64,000 nt of DNA from Octopus sinensis (GCF_006345805.1 NC_043017.1:13640001-13704000); one strand, 5' to 3'; positions 37,942-51,290 are shown, counted from the first letter of the stretch. The notes: generated by a model from the letters alone, not told the origin. Translations and numbers: made by a program.

Positions 37942-39112
37942 GAGGGAATGTCTAACTAGTCTCTAAACAAACTAGAAAAGCAGCCAAAACTCTCTATAGC
38001 CACGCCTTACTAGCTAAAAAAATATGTCCTAGTAATACTGATGGAAAACAAAATCAGACTGCCATGGTTGGAGTGCTGTTGGTTATAGATAGCTGCTGGA
38101 CCAGGATTGATTTAAAGCTAAGCAACAACAACAAGCCTAAAGTCTCAAAAAAAAAAAAAAATTGGCAGGGCAGCACATTGGAGATTGTAGTTCTAGATAC
38201 ACAAGGTAAAATGATCATGGGTGCAACACTTGATCACAGGTCTGCTGGCCTGAGGTTAAACAATAATAAGAGTCAATGTAGAATATAGTGTTGTTTTTAA
38301 AAATGTAACTTGCAATGGATTCGAACTCAAGAATCTATGAACAGGTAGGTGCTTTAATACCTTATAACTTGGCTGTCTTACTTTTTAAGACATAAAGGCT
38401 TGTCCCTATGTCTATGCTCCCCCTTCACCCCCACCCCCATAGCCCATCTTCCCTACACCACCGCCCTTCCCCACCCCTGATCACCACTACTGTATTCCCC
38501 CTCCTCCATTTCCCCTTATGTACCCACCTGCACAAAGTATATCCCTGTGGAACCTTTCCCCTACACATATCCTCCTATTACCTCCCACTACCTGTACCCA
38601 CTCATTACCTTCTCCACCACCACCCCCTCCATCTTCCATTCTTCCTTCACAATCTTGTGTACATACCCGCTCCAACTTCACTATATGCACCACCCCATTA
38701 ACTTGGGGGAATGGCCCCTGGACCCTTCCCATCACATCCTCACCATCTTCTCTCTCTCCACCTGAGGCAACCATGTTCTCCCTCTAATGCAAGACACCTT
38801 TTTTGTGTCCCTCAATGCTTTTCACACACACCTCAGTTGAGGAGTCTTGTCCCCTGCATGTTACTTGGTGACCTATAGATATAAGTTTTATCACATAGCT
38901 TTTACGGAAAACCAGCAGTGGTGGTGGGCTCACTGCTGTTTGATGCTACATGAAAAGCACTCAGTACGCTGTGCAAAGTGTTTAGCATTAGGAAGTGCAA
39001 CCAGCTGTAAAAAAAACCCATGTCAAATCAGACAGCAGAGCTTGGTGCAGTCTTCTGACTTATCAGTTTCTGTCAAATTGTCCAACCCATACCAGCATGG
39101 AAAAGACATTAA

Positions 39113-39332
39113 CCCTTTAGCATTTAAACTGGCCATATCCGGCCAAAGTATTCTGCCTGTTTTATGTTCAAACTGGCCAGATCTGGTCTCTCACACCAAC
39201 CCTACAATATTGTTTCAAAAATTAACAGCTACCTCATCAAAATCTCATAGCTACAAGATAATGCATGATTAGTTCAAAACAATGTGGATGAAGAAGCATT
39301 AATTTTGGCAGAATAATGCGAACACTAAAGGG
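39113..39332. mobile_element. piggyBac-like MITE (second family)
   Basis: TTAA-ccctttag...ctaaaggg-TTAA (39109-39112, 39333-39336). Confidence 0.85.
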
Positions 39333-39649
39333 TTAAATAATGATGATGTAGGAGTCAGTTATATAGTTAATTGATTTGATTCACCCAGTACATATTACTG
39401 ATATGATACATTTCACCTGCTTCACAGAGAGAAAGGAAATAAAGTTATCACTTGAAGAATGACAAAACTAAAAGCTAGTCAAGTAAACTACTACAGCATC
39501 ATCACAAACACCTTGTTTCACAATGAAGTGTAGCTGAGTGGTATAAAGTTTGCTTCCCAACCACATGGCTATAGGTTCAGTCCCTATGGTCCTCGATCAA
39601 TCAAAGTCATGTGAGTTAATTTGATAGAAACTGAAAGAAGCCCATTGTA

Positions 39650-39968
39650 TCATCATCATCATCATCGTTTAACGTCCGTTTTCCGTGCAAGCACGAGTTG
39701 GACGGTTCGACCGGGATCTGGGAAGCCAGGAGGTTGCACCAGGCTCCAGTCTGATCTGGCAGTGTTTCTACAGCTGGATGCCCTTCCTAATGCCAACCAC
39801 TCCGTGAGTGTAGTGGGTGCATTTTACGTGCCACCGGCACAGGTGCCAGGGGAGTATGGCAACGGCCACGATCGGTTGGTGCTTTTTACGTGCCACCGGC
39901 ACAGAAGCCAGTCAAGGCGGCGCTGACATCAGCCATGTTTGGATGGTGCATTTTACGTGCCACCGGCA
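39650..39968 (-). mobile_element. RTE-related 3' end / short element with (GAT)n tail
   Basis: catcatcatcatcgtttaacgtccg..; ttttacgtgccaccggcac repeated three times; relatives at 32320-32555, 38900-39108 and 43890-44140. Confidence 0.65.
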
Positions 39969-40844
39969 CATATGTATGCAAATGTGTGTATATATGTATG
40001 TGTGAGTGAATGAGTGTATGTATGTATGTACGTATGTATGTATGTGGTACTGTCATACAAGCAGTGCCATTTATTTCCAATATTATTCAAGAACAAAGCA
40101 GCAAGTTGGCAGAATCATTAACATGCTGGGCAAAATGCTTTGTGGTATTTTGTCCAACTTTGTGTTCTGAGTTCAAATTCCACCAAGATCAATTTCTGCC
40201 TTCCATCCTTTCAAGGTCAATAAAATAAGTACCAGTTGAGTGCTGGGGTTGATTTAATCAACTTTGTCCCTCCCAACAAACTGCTGACCTTAGGCCAAAA
40301 TTTGAAAACAAATCATACAAAAACATGTCTGGTCATGGGAAAATATTACAGGAAGGGTATCAGGCTGCAGGAAAAACATGCCTCAACAAGTTTTGTCCAA
40401 CCCATAAGAGCACAGAAAAGTAGACATTAAAACGATGATGATAATGATGATGAAGATGAAGAGAATGGGAGTGTGTGAAATTCATGCCTTTGTAGGAGAC
40501 ATCAATAGCCAAAGTGAAAGAGACGAGAAAAACATCTGAAACAGGCAACTGAAAATCAGGTCAGTAATAAAACTAAAAGTTGGAAGCTTTTATTTTTTAA
40601 AGACATTTTTCACACAAAGGAGAGAGAATGCCAAATATATTCTGTAATCTCCATCCCCTTTGAATAATGAATTAGTTTAGCTAGTTTGGGTTTAAGGACC
40701 TTTTGTTTGCAGGACCTCATGGTATGCAAATTAACAGAGATGCCAATGCACCAAGGGAGAGCACAGTACAGTAATAACTACAGTAGCGTATATCTGAATT
40801 GAGACATTGCAGTTTTTGTTGTTGCTTATGTTGTTGTTGTTTGT

Positions 40845-41233
40845 TTGTTTGTTTGTTTGTTTGTTGAGTGAAGCGGTCTTCGTCCCATTAGTGGGAGAAG
40901 TCCGAAACATGGTCCTTTGCTATTCGTAAGACCCGCAGAAGAGAAAGCAGGTCAACCCCCCGACACCCAGAGCATCGACGGATGGATGAATGCGCATCCA
41001 GGCTCAGCGGTTGCGTAGGAAGTCAGGGACTAGAAACAGGAAGAAAGAGTGAGAGAAAGTTGGGGCGAAAGAGTACAACAGGGGTCGCCACCACCACCAC
41101 CCCCTGCCGGAGGCCTCGTGGAGCTTTAGGTGTTTTCGCTCAATAAACACACACAACGCCCGGTCTGGGAATCGAAACTGCAATCCTCCAACCATGAGTC
41201 CACTGCCCTAACGACTGGGCCATTGCGCCTCCA
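40845..41233 (-). mobile_element. Family C SINE with tail type 3 and (CAAA)n end
   Basis: Family C head and centre; unrelated tail with stem-loop cttctcccactaatgggacgaag. Confidence 0.8.
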
Positions 41234-42009
41234 CTATTGTTGCTGTCATTGTTTAGCCTCAAGGCTTCTTCCTTAACTCTTTGGTGTTCACATTATTCTG
41301 TACAATGTAATGTCTATTTATCCACATGTTAGCATAGTCTTGTAGCTTTGAGATTTTGATGAGGTAACAGTTTATGTTTAGAATGTTATTGTAGGGATGG
41401 TGTGAAAGGCCAGATCTGGTTAGTTTGAATATAAAACAGATAGAATATTTGGGCCAGATATGGCCTGTTTAAAGGGTTAAGTGAGGTGACGTATGATCAA
41501 AACATGATTGCATTATACAATATGTCTTGTTTGAAAATGGTAGGGTATAATTTGAAGGAAATTCCAACTGTTATTTCTAAAAGGTCAACTGACCACTTAG
41601 AACTGCTTTCCTTCATTGGTACCCAGTCAAACCGTCCAACCCATGCCAACATGGAAAGCGGATGTTGATGATGATGATGTAGTTTATTTATTTTTCTATT
41701 CTCATATAGTTTCAAAAAAAAAAAAAAAAGCCATTCCAAGTGTCTTATGATATGAATTCTTTTCTTTTCTCTTGCCTCTCTCATTCCTTTTCCATCATGT
41801 ATAAACTGAAACAAATTTTCAATTTTTTTTTAATAGGTGTATTCATTTTCATTATACACATTCTTCCAGTGTTCTATATTTTTTCAGCCATGTGTTTTGC
41901 TTGTCTACTTACACAGTATTTAATTGCTTATTATTCTTACTTTAGGAAATTGGCACAAACATGCACACACATGCACACACATAAAACAAAAAATGAAGAC
42001 ACTAGTATA

Positions 42010-42290
42010 TATATATATCACGTGACCGACCAGTCCATCAGATGTAGTTACACATCGCTGGTCACAATGCGTTCGCATTGTTTTAGCCTTTGAATGACGC
42101 CACCCCGCTGGCCAACAGAAGAAAGAGTGGTGAAAGAGTACAGCAGGGATCACCAACCCCTGGCGGAGCCTCGTGGAGCTTTTAGGTGTTTTCGCTCAAT
42201 AAACACTCACAATGCCCGGTCTGGGAATCGAAACCGCGATCCTCCGACCGCGAGTCCGCTGCCCTAACCACTGGGCCATTGCACCTCCAC
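42010..42290 (-). mobile_element. Family C SINE with tail type 2
   Basis: Same tail as 28795-29088. Confidence 0.82.
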
Positions 42291-42306
42291 ATATATATAT
42301 ATATAC

Positions 42307-42352
<46 letters not shown>

Positions 42353-42836
42353 GCCTAATATTGGTTTAATATCAATTACAGTTATTTCAATAGCATTTCC
42401 ATTTCACACCAAGTTACACATAAATGATTATGCCTGATAAATTACACAAGACTCGTGCAAGTTATAGATGATTGAAATAGAGAAGAGTGCCATCAGACAC
42501 TTATTAAACTAAGTTATCATAGATCTTTAACTTACACAAGGCTTACATGATCACGCATACTCATTTATGTGTAATATGATGTGAAATGGGATACGATTCA
42601 AACAGTTGTAATCCATATTACACTGGTGTTGGACTGATATCTTCATCTTTTTCTTGTTTTTTTCTCTGTGAAAAATACATATCATTTCAGTCTATCTGTG
42701 TACCTGGATTTCCTACACCAATGGACAATACTTATATAGAATCACAACATTAAATGCCAGGCTTATCATACAGATAACCAGTTGGACAGAAAAAATAGGA
42801 ATTCTGTAAACGAGGTCAACACAGTACTGGAGGAGT

Positions 42837-42870
<34 letters not shown>

Positions 42871-42947
42871 ATAAATATTAGGGAATAAATCCAAATTTAC
42901 AAGGAAAAATCAGATTTAAGATTGAATCCAATTTTATAATAAAATAT

Positions 42948-43172
42948 TATATTATAATAAATTAGAGACAAAACCACTATTATGCAAATCAAACAAAGAA
43001 AGACTTAAGCCAATACATAAAATATAAAATAATTTATATAAATTAAAATTTAACAAATGAATAACCACTACGATCGTTTAAATTTTAATTTATATAAATT
43101 ATTTTATATTTTATGTATTGGCTTAAGTCTTTCTTTGTTTGATTTGCATAATAGTGGTTTTGTCTCTAATTT

Positions 43173-43183
<11 letters not shown>
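42948..43183. repeat. Perfect foldback: 106-bp arms, 24-nt loop
   Basis: 42948-43053 is the exact reverse complement of 43078-43183. Confidence 0.92.
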
Positions 43184-43250
<67 letters not shown>

Positions 43251-45079
43251 TATATATATATACATATATATATAAATTTGACATGGGCAATTCTTTCTTG
43301 TCTTGGGATTAACAGTCAAACGGCTGGGTGGAATTGTGCAAAAAATTACACAGATGTATAGAATGATCTGGTGGTGATGCTGGGCTTTGTATTTTTTTCA
43401 TAGCTTCTTTGGTTACCGAGATAATCTACAATAATAATACTCTTGTGTTTATGAATGAGAAAGGAAGGCGTGATAGATGAATAATGAAGGAAGGGGTGAT
43501 GTCATACTTGGTAGTGGGATGATGAAAATTGTACTCTGAAAAAATAAATCAAACAACGTTTCAACTCTGTGTGAATATATGTGTGTGTATGTAAAAGGCG
43601 GGTATGTGTGTGTGCATGTTTTTGTGTGTGTGTGCATGTGCACGCACAATGGAAGTGGGATGGTAATCTTTGTTCACTTAGTATTTGGGTTTATTTTTTG
43701 ATTTGGTTGAATCTTGGTTGAGTTTTTTTGTTGGTCAGTTATTTTTAGCGTTTTGACAGAAAAATGTCATTCTAAAATTGTTTCTTAATGTAAGCGTTCC
43801 CAGACAAGTCGAATGCTTACACAGAGCAGGTTTTACAGCTACATCATCCAAACTGACCGGGTGAAACCGGGTTTAGCTGCTAGTATATATCATCATCATC
43901 ATCGTTTAACATCAGCTTTCCATGCTGGCATGGGTTGGACGATTTGACTGAGGACTGGTGAACCAGATGGCTGCACCAGGCTCCAATCTTGATCTGGTAG
44001 AGTTTCTACAGCTGGATGCCCTTCCTAACACCAACCACTCCAAGAGTGCAGTGGGTGCTTTTACGTGCCACTGGCATGAGAGCCAGTCAGGTGGTACTGG
44101 CAAAGGCCACACTCAAATGGTGTTTTTTATGTGCACCATATATATATATAAGGATAAGACCGTTATTTAAAATAATGATGATATTAAGTGGCCAGCTTGG
44201 GAAGAAAAACCTTAGGGGTGGTGATATGGTAGAAAGCATCTAGTAAAGCCTACAAAGTGGTTGGCAGTAGCAATGTTTCAAGACAAAGACTATAAACCAA
44301 AAATAATACAGGCAAGCAAGATATGATTCTCCAGCCAGTCTTGAAGGGTAATGACTGAATAAGAACTGCTGCAGATCATGATGACCCAGCCAACCCATGC
44401 TAGCATGGAAAGTGGATGTAAAACAGTGATGATGATGATTATATATATGGATGTGTGTGTGTGTTTGTGAGAAAATAAAATAAATGTAAAATAAGAAACA
44501 GGTTCACCTTGGAACAAATTTTAATGAAAAAAACTTTATTTTTATTTTTATTTTGATTGAGTAATTTAGCCGTTAATGCTCAAAGTGGCAAAGGACACCA
44601 TTATGGTTAAGCAATTAGAAACCACAACTGTAACCAAACAATCTTCATTAAGTGGTGTGGTTTTGACAAACACATTTTTTTTCTATTTATCTATTTATTT
44701 TGTTCTAATGTTTTTATTCCTTTTGTTGAGACAAATTCTAAGAGCAAGACATTGTTACTAAAACTGGTTTCAAATATTGGCACAAGGCCAGTACGTTCAG
44801 AGAGGAGGGAGCAAGTCAATAACCTCACCCCAGTGTTCAACTGGTATTTATTTTATCGACCCTGAAAGGACACAAGGCAAGGTTGACCTCAATAGAATTT
44901 GAACTCAGAACAAAAACAGACAAGGAAATGTTGCTAAGCATTTTGCCTGGGATGCTAACACTTCTGCCAGCTTGCAAACCTACATTCTTACTAATATCAG
45001 TTTCAAATGTTGGCACAAGGCCAGCAATTTGGGGGCAGAGGATAAGTCAATTATATCAACTTTAGTGTTCAACTGGTAG

Positions 45080-45262
45080 TTAAGTTAAGTTAAGTTAATT
45101 TTTTGGCTCAAAAAGCAAAAAGCAAGGCCATGTAGGGGGACATGGAGTTATGTACAGGGAGGGTGTTCATGCAAAGAGTTCAGGCCATTTCTGGTCAAGA
45201 GAGACTTTGAACCGAGCGGTCATCGGCATCTTCACTATTTCGTCCGGCAGCTTATTCCACAG
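45080..45262 (-). mobile_element. 3' end of a second CR1-type LINE family
   Basis: LWNKLPDEIVKMPMTARFKVSLDQKWPELFA*, then 3' UTR and (TTAAC)n tail. Confidence 0.8.
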
Positions 45263-45591
45263 ATACTTATTCTATTAATCTCAAAAGGACGGAAAGTAAA
45301 GTTGGTGTATAACTTAGTAGTTCAGCAAAAAGAGACTGATAGAACAAGTATCAGGATAAAAAAAAAACAAGTACTGGGATCTATTCATTTGACTGAAAGT
45401 TCTTCAAGGTGATGCTCCAGCATGGCCACAGTCTAAGGACTGGAATGGATAAAAGATAGACGGTATGAATTTGAACTTAGAGTGTAAAGATGTACAAAAT
45501 GCCACCAAGCATTTTACCAGGTATGCAAATAAGTCTGCCAGATCATGGCTCTACATCATTACAAATATTAATGGCTCTACATGTAATAAGT

Positions 45592-45973
45592 GGAAGCACT
45601 CCATCGGTTACGATGACGAGGGTTCCGGTTGATCTGATCAACAGAACAGCCTGCTCGTGAAATTAACGTGCAAGTGGCTGAGCACTCCACAGACACGTGT
45701 ACCCTTAACGTAGTTCTCGGGGATATTCAGCGTGACACAGAGAGTGACAAGGCCGGCCCTTTGAAATACAGGTACAACAGAAACAGGAAGCAAGAGTGAG
45801 AGAAAGTTGTGGTGAAAGAGTACAGCAGGGATCACCACCATCCCCTGCCGGAGCCTCATGGAGCTTTAGGTGTTTTCGCTCAATAAACACTCACAACGCC
45901 CGGTCTGGGAATCGAAACCGCGATCCTACGACCACAAGTCTGCTGCCCTAACCACTGGGCCATTGCGTCTCCA
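45592..45973 (-). mobile_element. Family C SINE (tail type 1)
   Basis: 12-bp TSD catgtaataagt at 45580-45591 and 45974-45985. Confidence 0.92.
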
Positions 45974-46240
45974 CATGTAATAAGTATCACCCTACAAACC
46001 AATGTACAAGCATTTATGCAATTATTTAACTTGCTAGACATAATAGCCAAATCTCCTTTAAATCATATACATTTTACTATGTAGATTGCAAGCATGTCTA
46101 TGTGGTTAAGAAGTTTGCTTCCAAACCACGTGGTTTTGGGTTCAGTCCCACTGTATGGTATCTTGGGCAAGTATCTTCTATAGCTCTAAGCTGACCAAAG
46201 CCTTGTAGAGGATTTGGTAGACAGAAACTAATAACAATCC

Positions 46241-47172
46241 CATCTTACAAACAATAATTCTGAGCACCTTTTCAAACTCCACCCGTCTAACACCCGTGGA
46301 CATATTTACAAAGTCAGAAAACAGCACAGCTCCCATGACTTTCGGAAACATTTTTTCACGCTAAGAGTTGCTGAAGCATGGAACAAACTGCTGGCATCAG
46401 TTGTTAGTTGTCGGAGCACCGCATCGTTCAAAACTTCCATGCTTCCTGAGATTCGCCAACACTACACCTGATTGACTTTCAGAAACATTTTTTCACGCTA
46501 AGAGTTGCTGAAGCATGGAACAAACTGCTGGCATCAGTTGTTAGTTGTCGGAGCACTGCATCCTTCAAAACTTCCATGCTTCCTGAGATTCGCCAACACT
46601 ACACCTGATTGACTTTCAGAAACATTTTTTCATGCTAAGAGTTGCTGAAGCATGGAACAAACTGCTGGCATCAGTTGTTAGTTGTCGGAGCACTGCATCC
46701 TTCAAAACTTCCATGCTTCCTGAGATTCGCCAACACTACACCTGATTGACTTTCAGAAACATTTTTTCACGCTAAGAGTTGCTGAAGCATGGAACAAACT
46801 GCTGGCAGCAGTTGTTAGTTGTCGGAGCACTGCATCCTTCAAAACTTCCATGCTTCCTGAGATTCGCCAACACTACACCTGATTGACTTTCAGAAACATT
46901 TTTTCACGCTAAGAGTTGCTGAAGCATGGAACAAACTGCTGGCAGCAGTTGTTAGTTGTCAGAGCACTGCATCCTTCAAAACTTCCATGCTTCCTGAGAT
47001 TCGTCAACACTACACCTGATTTTCTCCCCTCCATACACACGCAGGCATTTATCTGACTCATACACTGTTCACTTCCCAGACATTTGTACATTAATGCATA
47101 TGCTTTATGCGCACTTTTGACAAGTTGTGGTGCACCTGAGCACTGTATACAATAATTTCATTATTATTATTA
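46241..47172 (+). mobile_element. CR1-type LINE 3' end with 5 tandem copies of a 137-bp internal unit (46337-47021)
   Basis: Unit starts at 46337, 46474, 46611, 46748 and 46885; encodes DFRKHFFTLRVAEAWNKL..FKTSMLPEIRQHYT*. Confidence 0.92.
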
Positions 47173-47685
47173 CTCTTTTACTCTTTACTCTTTTACTTGT
47201 TTCAGTCATTTTGACTGCGGCCATGCTGGAGCACCGCCTTTAGTCGAGCAAATTGACTCCGGGACTTATTCTTTGTAAGCCTAGTACTTATTCTATCGGT
47301 CTCTTTTGCCGAACCGCTAAGTGACAGGGACATAAACACACTAGCATCAGTTGTCAAGCAATGCTAGGGGGACAAACACAAACACACACACATATATATA
47401 CATATATACACGAGGGGACAAATATGTACAGAGGGGACACACACATATATATACATATATACACGAGGGGACATATATGTACAGAGGGGACAAACAAGGA
47501 CAGACAAAGGGATTAAGTAGATTACATCGACCCCAGTTCGAAACTGGTACTTTATTTATCGACCCCGAAATGATGAAAGGCAAAGTCAACCTCGGCGGAA
47601 TTTGAACTCAGAACGTAACGACAGACGAAATACTGCTAGGCATTTTGCCCGGCGTGCTAACGATTCTGCCAGCTCACCGCCTTCA
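47172..47685 (-). mobile_element. Chimera of family A tail and family B body/head
   Basis: Family A sequence to about 47400, short duplicated cacgaggggaca units, then family B from about 47480. Confidence 0.75.
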
Positions 47686-48002
47686 GAACATATGCCTAAC
47701 AGAACATATATGTGGTCGCTTGACTTTTTAGAAATGATAGGCAAATCTTCCTCAGTTCACATCCTACTTCCTTAAAAAATAGAAAGGAGGCATGTTAGAT
47801 AATGTAGTCTAAAACAGTCTTAAATACCATTGAAAGAGGCAGAATGGTCACAATTAGACTGCCCTTAGATCAGGAGTCTACTGCATTCAGTGCAAGCAGA
47901 AGCTAACAACAACAAAAACCTATGTTGTTACTGTCCTTATTAAGGAGAGGGTGAAGGACATCAGTGTCAGGGAATCTCACTTTGCTCAAGGAATTTGGTG
48001 AT

Positions 48003-48418
48003 ACTCTTTACTCTTTTATTCTTTTACTTGTTTCAGTCATTTGACTGCGGCCATGCTGGAGCACCACCTTTAGTCGAGCAATTCGACCCCGGGACTTATT
48101 CTTTGTAAGCCCAGTACTTATTCTATCGGTCTCTTTTGCCGAACCGCTAAGTGACGGGGACATAAACACACCAGCATCGGTTGTCAAGCAATGCTAGGGG
48201 GACAAACACAGACACACAAACATATACACACACATACATATATATATATATACATATATCCGACAGGCTTCTTTCAGTTTCCGTCTACCAAATCCACTCA
48301 CAAGGCATTAATCGGCCCAGGGCTATAGCAGAAGACACTTGCCCAAGACGCCACGCAGTGGGACTGAACCTGGAACCATGTGGTTGGTAAGCAAGCTACT
48401 TACCACACAGCCACTCCT
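48003..48418 (-). mobile_element. Full-length family A SINE
   Basis: Near-identical to 8888-9322. Confidence 0.92.
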
Positions 48419-48818
48419 GTTTTTTTTTTTGCTTGGTTTTTTAATGGATAAACAAGAATCAATATTTCTTTGGCTACCACATTCTGGACCGTTACTTTTG
48501 CACAGATAATATAGGGGAGGTTTTCTCTTCAATATTCACCGTGGTGCTATCTAGTAAGAACTGACCCATAACCACATAAAAGGTCGGGGTTTTGACGGTC
48601 ACATGGTGCATTCGACAAATATCTATATTTGTCGTGTGACTATGTTAAAGGGAGCGCGGGGGGGGGGGAGGGGTTTACAAATTCACACGGTGACCTATCT
48701 CCCCTTAAACACACCGGAAGCTTTGATAGATAACAGAAAGGGAAGCCTCTAGCCCCACCCCCCAACTCCACTCTCCTGATTTGCATCCAAGCAGCCTACT
48801 TCTTTGGTTTATCACCAG

Positions 48819-48983
48819 ATGGCAGCAGAAGTCAAATGTCAGAAAGATGCTCCTCGTTATGAGAAGTTGGAAGAACTTCATTCTAGCGAAAATAGAAGTT
48901 TACAGTCAGATATTCTGGTTCCTAGGGGGTGGAGGGCAGCATACAGTACCCTTATATTGCTATGGGGTACTGACAGTGATTAA
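48819..48983 (+). CDS. Candidate small ORF or start-codon exon
   Basis: Acceptor-like ctacttctttggtttatcaccag immediately followed by ATG; MAAEVKCQKDAPRYEKLEELHSSENRSLQSDILVPRGWRAAYSTLILLWGTDSD*. Confidence 0.25.
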   Translation: MAAEVKCQKDAPRYEKLEELHSSENRSLQSDILVPRGWRAAYSTLILLWGTDSD

Positions 48984-49205
48984 AGAGTATTTTTTGAGAG
49001 TTTTCAGAACGTACATGTTGTTTTTCTTTCTTATCTCTCAGTCAGTTTTGATCAAATAAACATATGATCAAAGGCCTTTACAGACATGACCATCTCATCT
49101 AAGACAAAATTATGCAACAATGTCTCCTTCCTTTTTTATGGCAGTAAAGTGTAACACGACAAAGATAGGGTCACTATTTCTAGCAGGTAAAGTGTTCATG
49201 TAGAT

Positions 49206-49889
49206 CAGTGTTTCTATAACATTTTTTTACCTATGGACCCCTTTTGATTCCTATTTTACTTGGATGGACCCCTTTTGATTCCTATTTTACTTGGATGGAC
49301 CCCACCTAGCCACTCGTTTAAAAGGAATCATTCTATATCTTCATAGTTAGATATCATTAGGAATTGTTTCAGTCATTTAATTGTGGCCATACTGGGGCAT
49401 CGCCTTGAAGGGTTTTAGTCGAAGAAATCAATACCAGGACTTATTTTGTTAAGCCTTATTCTATTGGTCTTTTTTGCCAAACCATTAAGTTATGGGATGT
49501 AAACACACCAACACTGGTTGTCAAATGGTAGTGGGGAACAAATACTGACACAGACATACGCACACACACACACACATGATAGGTATCTTTCAGTTTCCAT
49601 CTAACAAATCCACCCACAAATCTTTGGTTGGCCTGAGGCTAGAGTAGAAGACACTTGCCCAAGGTGCCATGCATTGAGATTGAACTCAGAACCATGTAGG
49701 TGGGAAGCAAGCTTCTTACAACACAGCCATGCCTACACCTATATATATATATATATATATATATAAAACTGTTAAAATATTTTGTGGAACATAGATCTAT
49801 AACCAATTTATTGCACATAAATTTTAGCAACAAAATCCTACATGGACTCCCCACCCCAGGGCCATATGGACACCAGTTGAGAAACACTA
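49206..49889. mobile_element. hAT (Charlie-like) MITE with a nested family A SINE
   Basis: Ends cagtgtttct / agaaacacta; exact 8-bp TSD atgtagat (49198-49205, 49890-49897). Confidence 0.8.
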
Positions 49890-50707
49890 ATGTAGATGCT
49901 TATACAGCAGATGTTCCTATTTAGCCCCAGGTCAGCACTGGCCAAGTAGACCTATTATGTAAATCACACCTTTTATCCTTTATCCATTCCAGTCATTAGA
50001 CTGTGGCCATGCTGGGGCATCGCCTTGAAGAACTTTCAGTCAAATGAATAGATCCCAGTACTTGTTTTTTGTTAGCCTGATACTTGTTCTATCAGTCTCT
50101 TTTTGCTGAACTACTAAGTTATACGCCAACACCGGTTGTCAAGCAGTGGTGAGGGACAGACAGACACACACACACACATACATATATATACAATGGGCTT
50201 CTTTCAGTTTCCATCTACCAAATCCACTCACAAGGCTTTGGTTGGCCCAAGGTTGGGGCACTGCCCTGAAGGATTTTCGTCAAGCAAATGGCCCCCATTA
50301 CTTATGACTTTGTTTTTAAGTCTGGTACTTATTGTGTCAGTCTCATTTGCCAAACTGGTAAGTTATAGAGACATAAATAAATCCACACACATACACACAC
50401 ACACAGATATATTTACACATATGCAACAGGTTTCCACACAGTTTCTCTCTACCAAATTCACTCACAAGGCATTTGTCCACCTGGAGCCATAGTAGAAGAC
50501 ACTTACCCAAGATGGGATTGAACTCAAAGCTATGTGGTTGGGAAGCAACCTTCTTAATCACAGCTATGCCAGCTTAATCTTTTTGAGTTTATATTTCTAA
50601 TGAAATATAGTTTCAATCAAATTTTTAAATAATGAAGAATTCGGGGAAGAGTTAATAAACTAGTTTGTGTATTTGTCATTTAGATAATGTTTTGATATAA
50701 TTTAAAA

Positions 50708-51290
50708 ATAATAATGAAATTATTGTATACAGTGCTCAGGTGCACCACAACTTGTCAGAAAGTGCATATAAAGTACATGCAGTAATGTAAAAATGTCTGG
50801 AAAGCGAACAATGTATGAGTCAGATACATGCCTGTGTGTGTATGGAGGGGAGAAAATCAGGTGTAGTGTTGGTGAATCTCAGAAAGCATGGAAGTTTTGA
50901 AGGATGCAGTGCTCCGACAAATAACAACTGATGCCGGCAGTTTGTTCCATGCTTCAGCAACTCTCAGCGTGAAAAAATGTTTCCTGAAGTCATGGGAGCT
51001 GTGCTGTTTTCTTACTTTGTAAATATGTCCACGGGTGTTAGATGGGTGGAGTTTGAAAAGGTGCTCAGAGTTATTGTTTGTACGATGGTTGATAATTTTA
51101 TGGGTGTCTGCCAAGTCAGCTGCCAGACGTCGGAGTTTCAATGTGTCCATGCCCAGGGAAGTAAGGCGTTCAGGATGTGGCAAATGCCTGATGGAGGGTA
51201 TTCTTTTGGTCTGCACGTCGCTGAACGGCTTCCAGACGATTGATATCCTGGGCAAGATAGGGGTTCCAGACCAGGACCTTCCCATCAAGG
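50708..51290 (-). mobile_element. CR1-type LINE 3' end (RT C-terminal region)
   Basis: VWNPYLAQDINRLEAVQRRA, then shifted TKRIPSIRHL..LKLRRLAADL..RGHIYKVRKQHSSHDFRKHFFTLRVAEAWNKLP; (ATT)n tail. Confidence 0.92.

Noticed and set aside
46337-47021. Regular repeats resembling a CRISPR array
   Set aside because: Contiguous 137-bp units with no unique spacers; LINE-derived; eukaryotic context.
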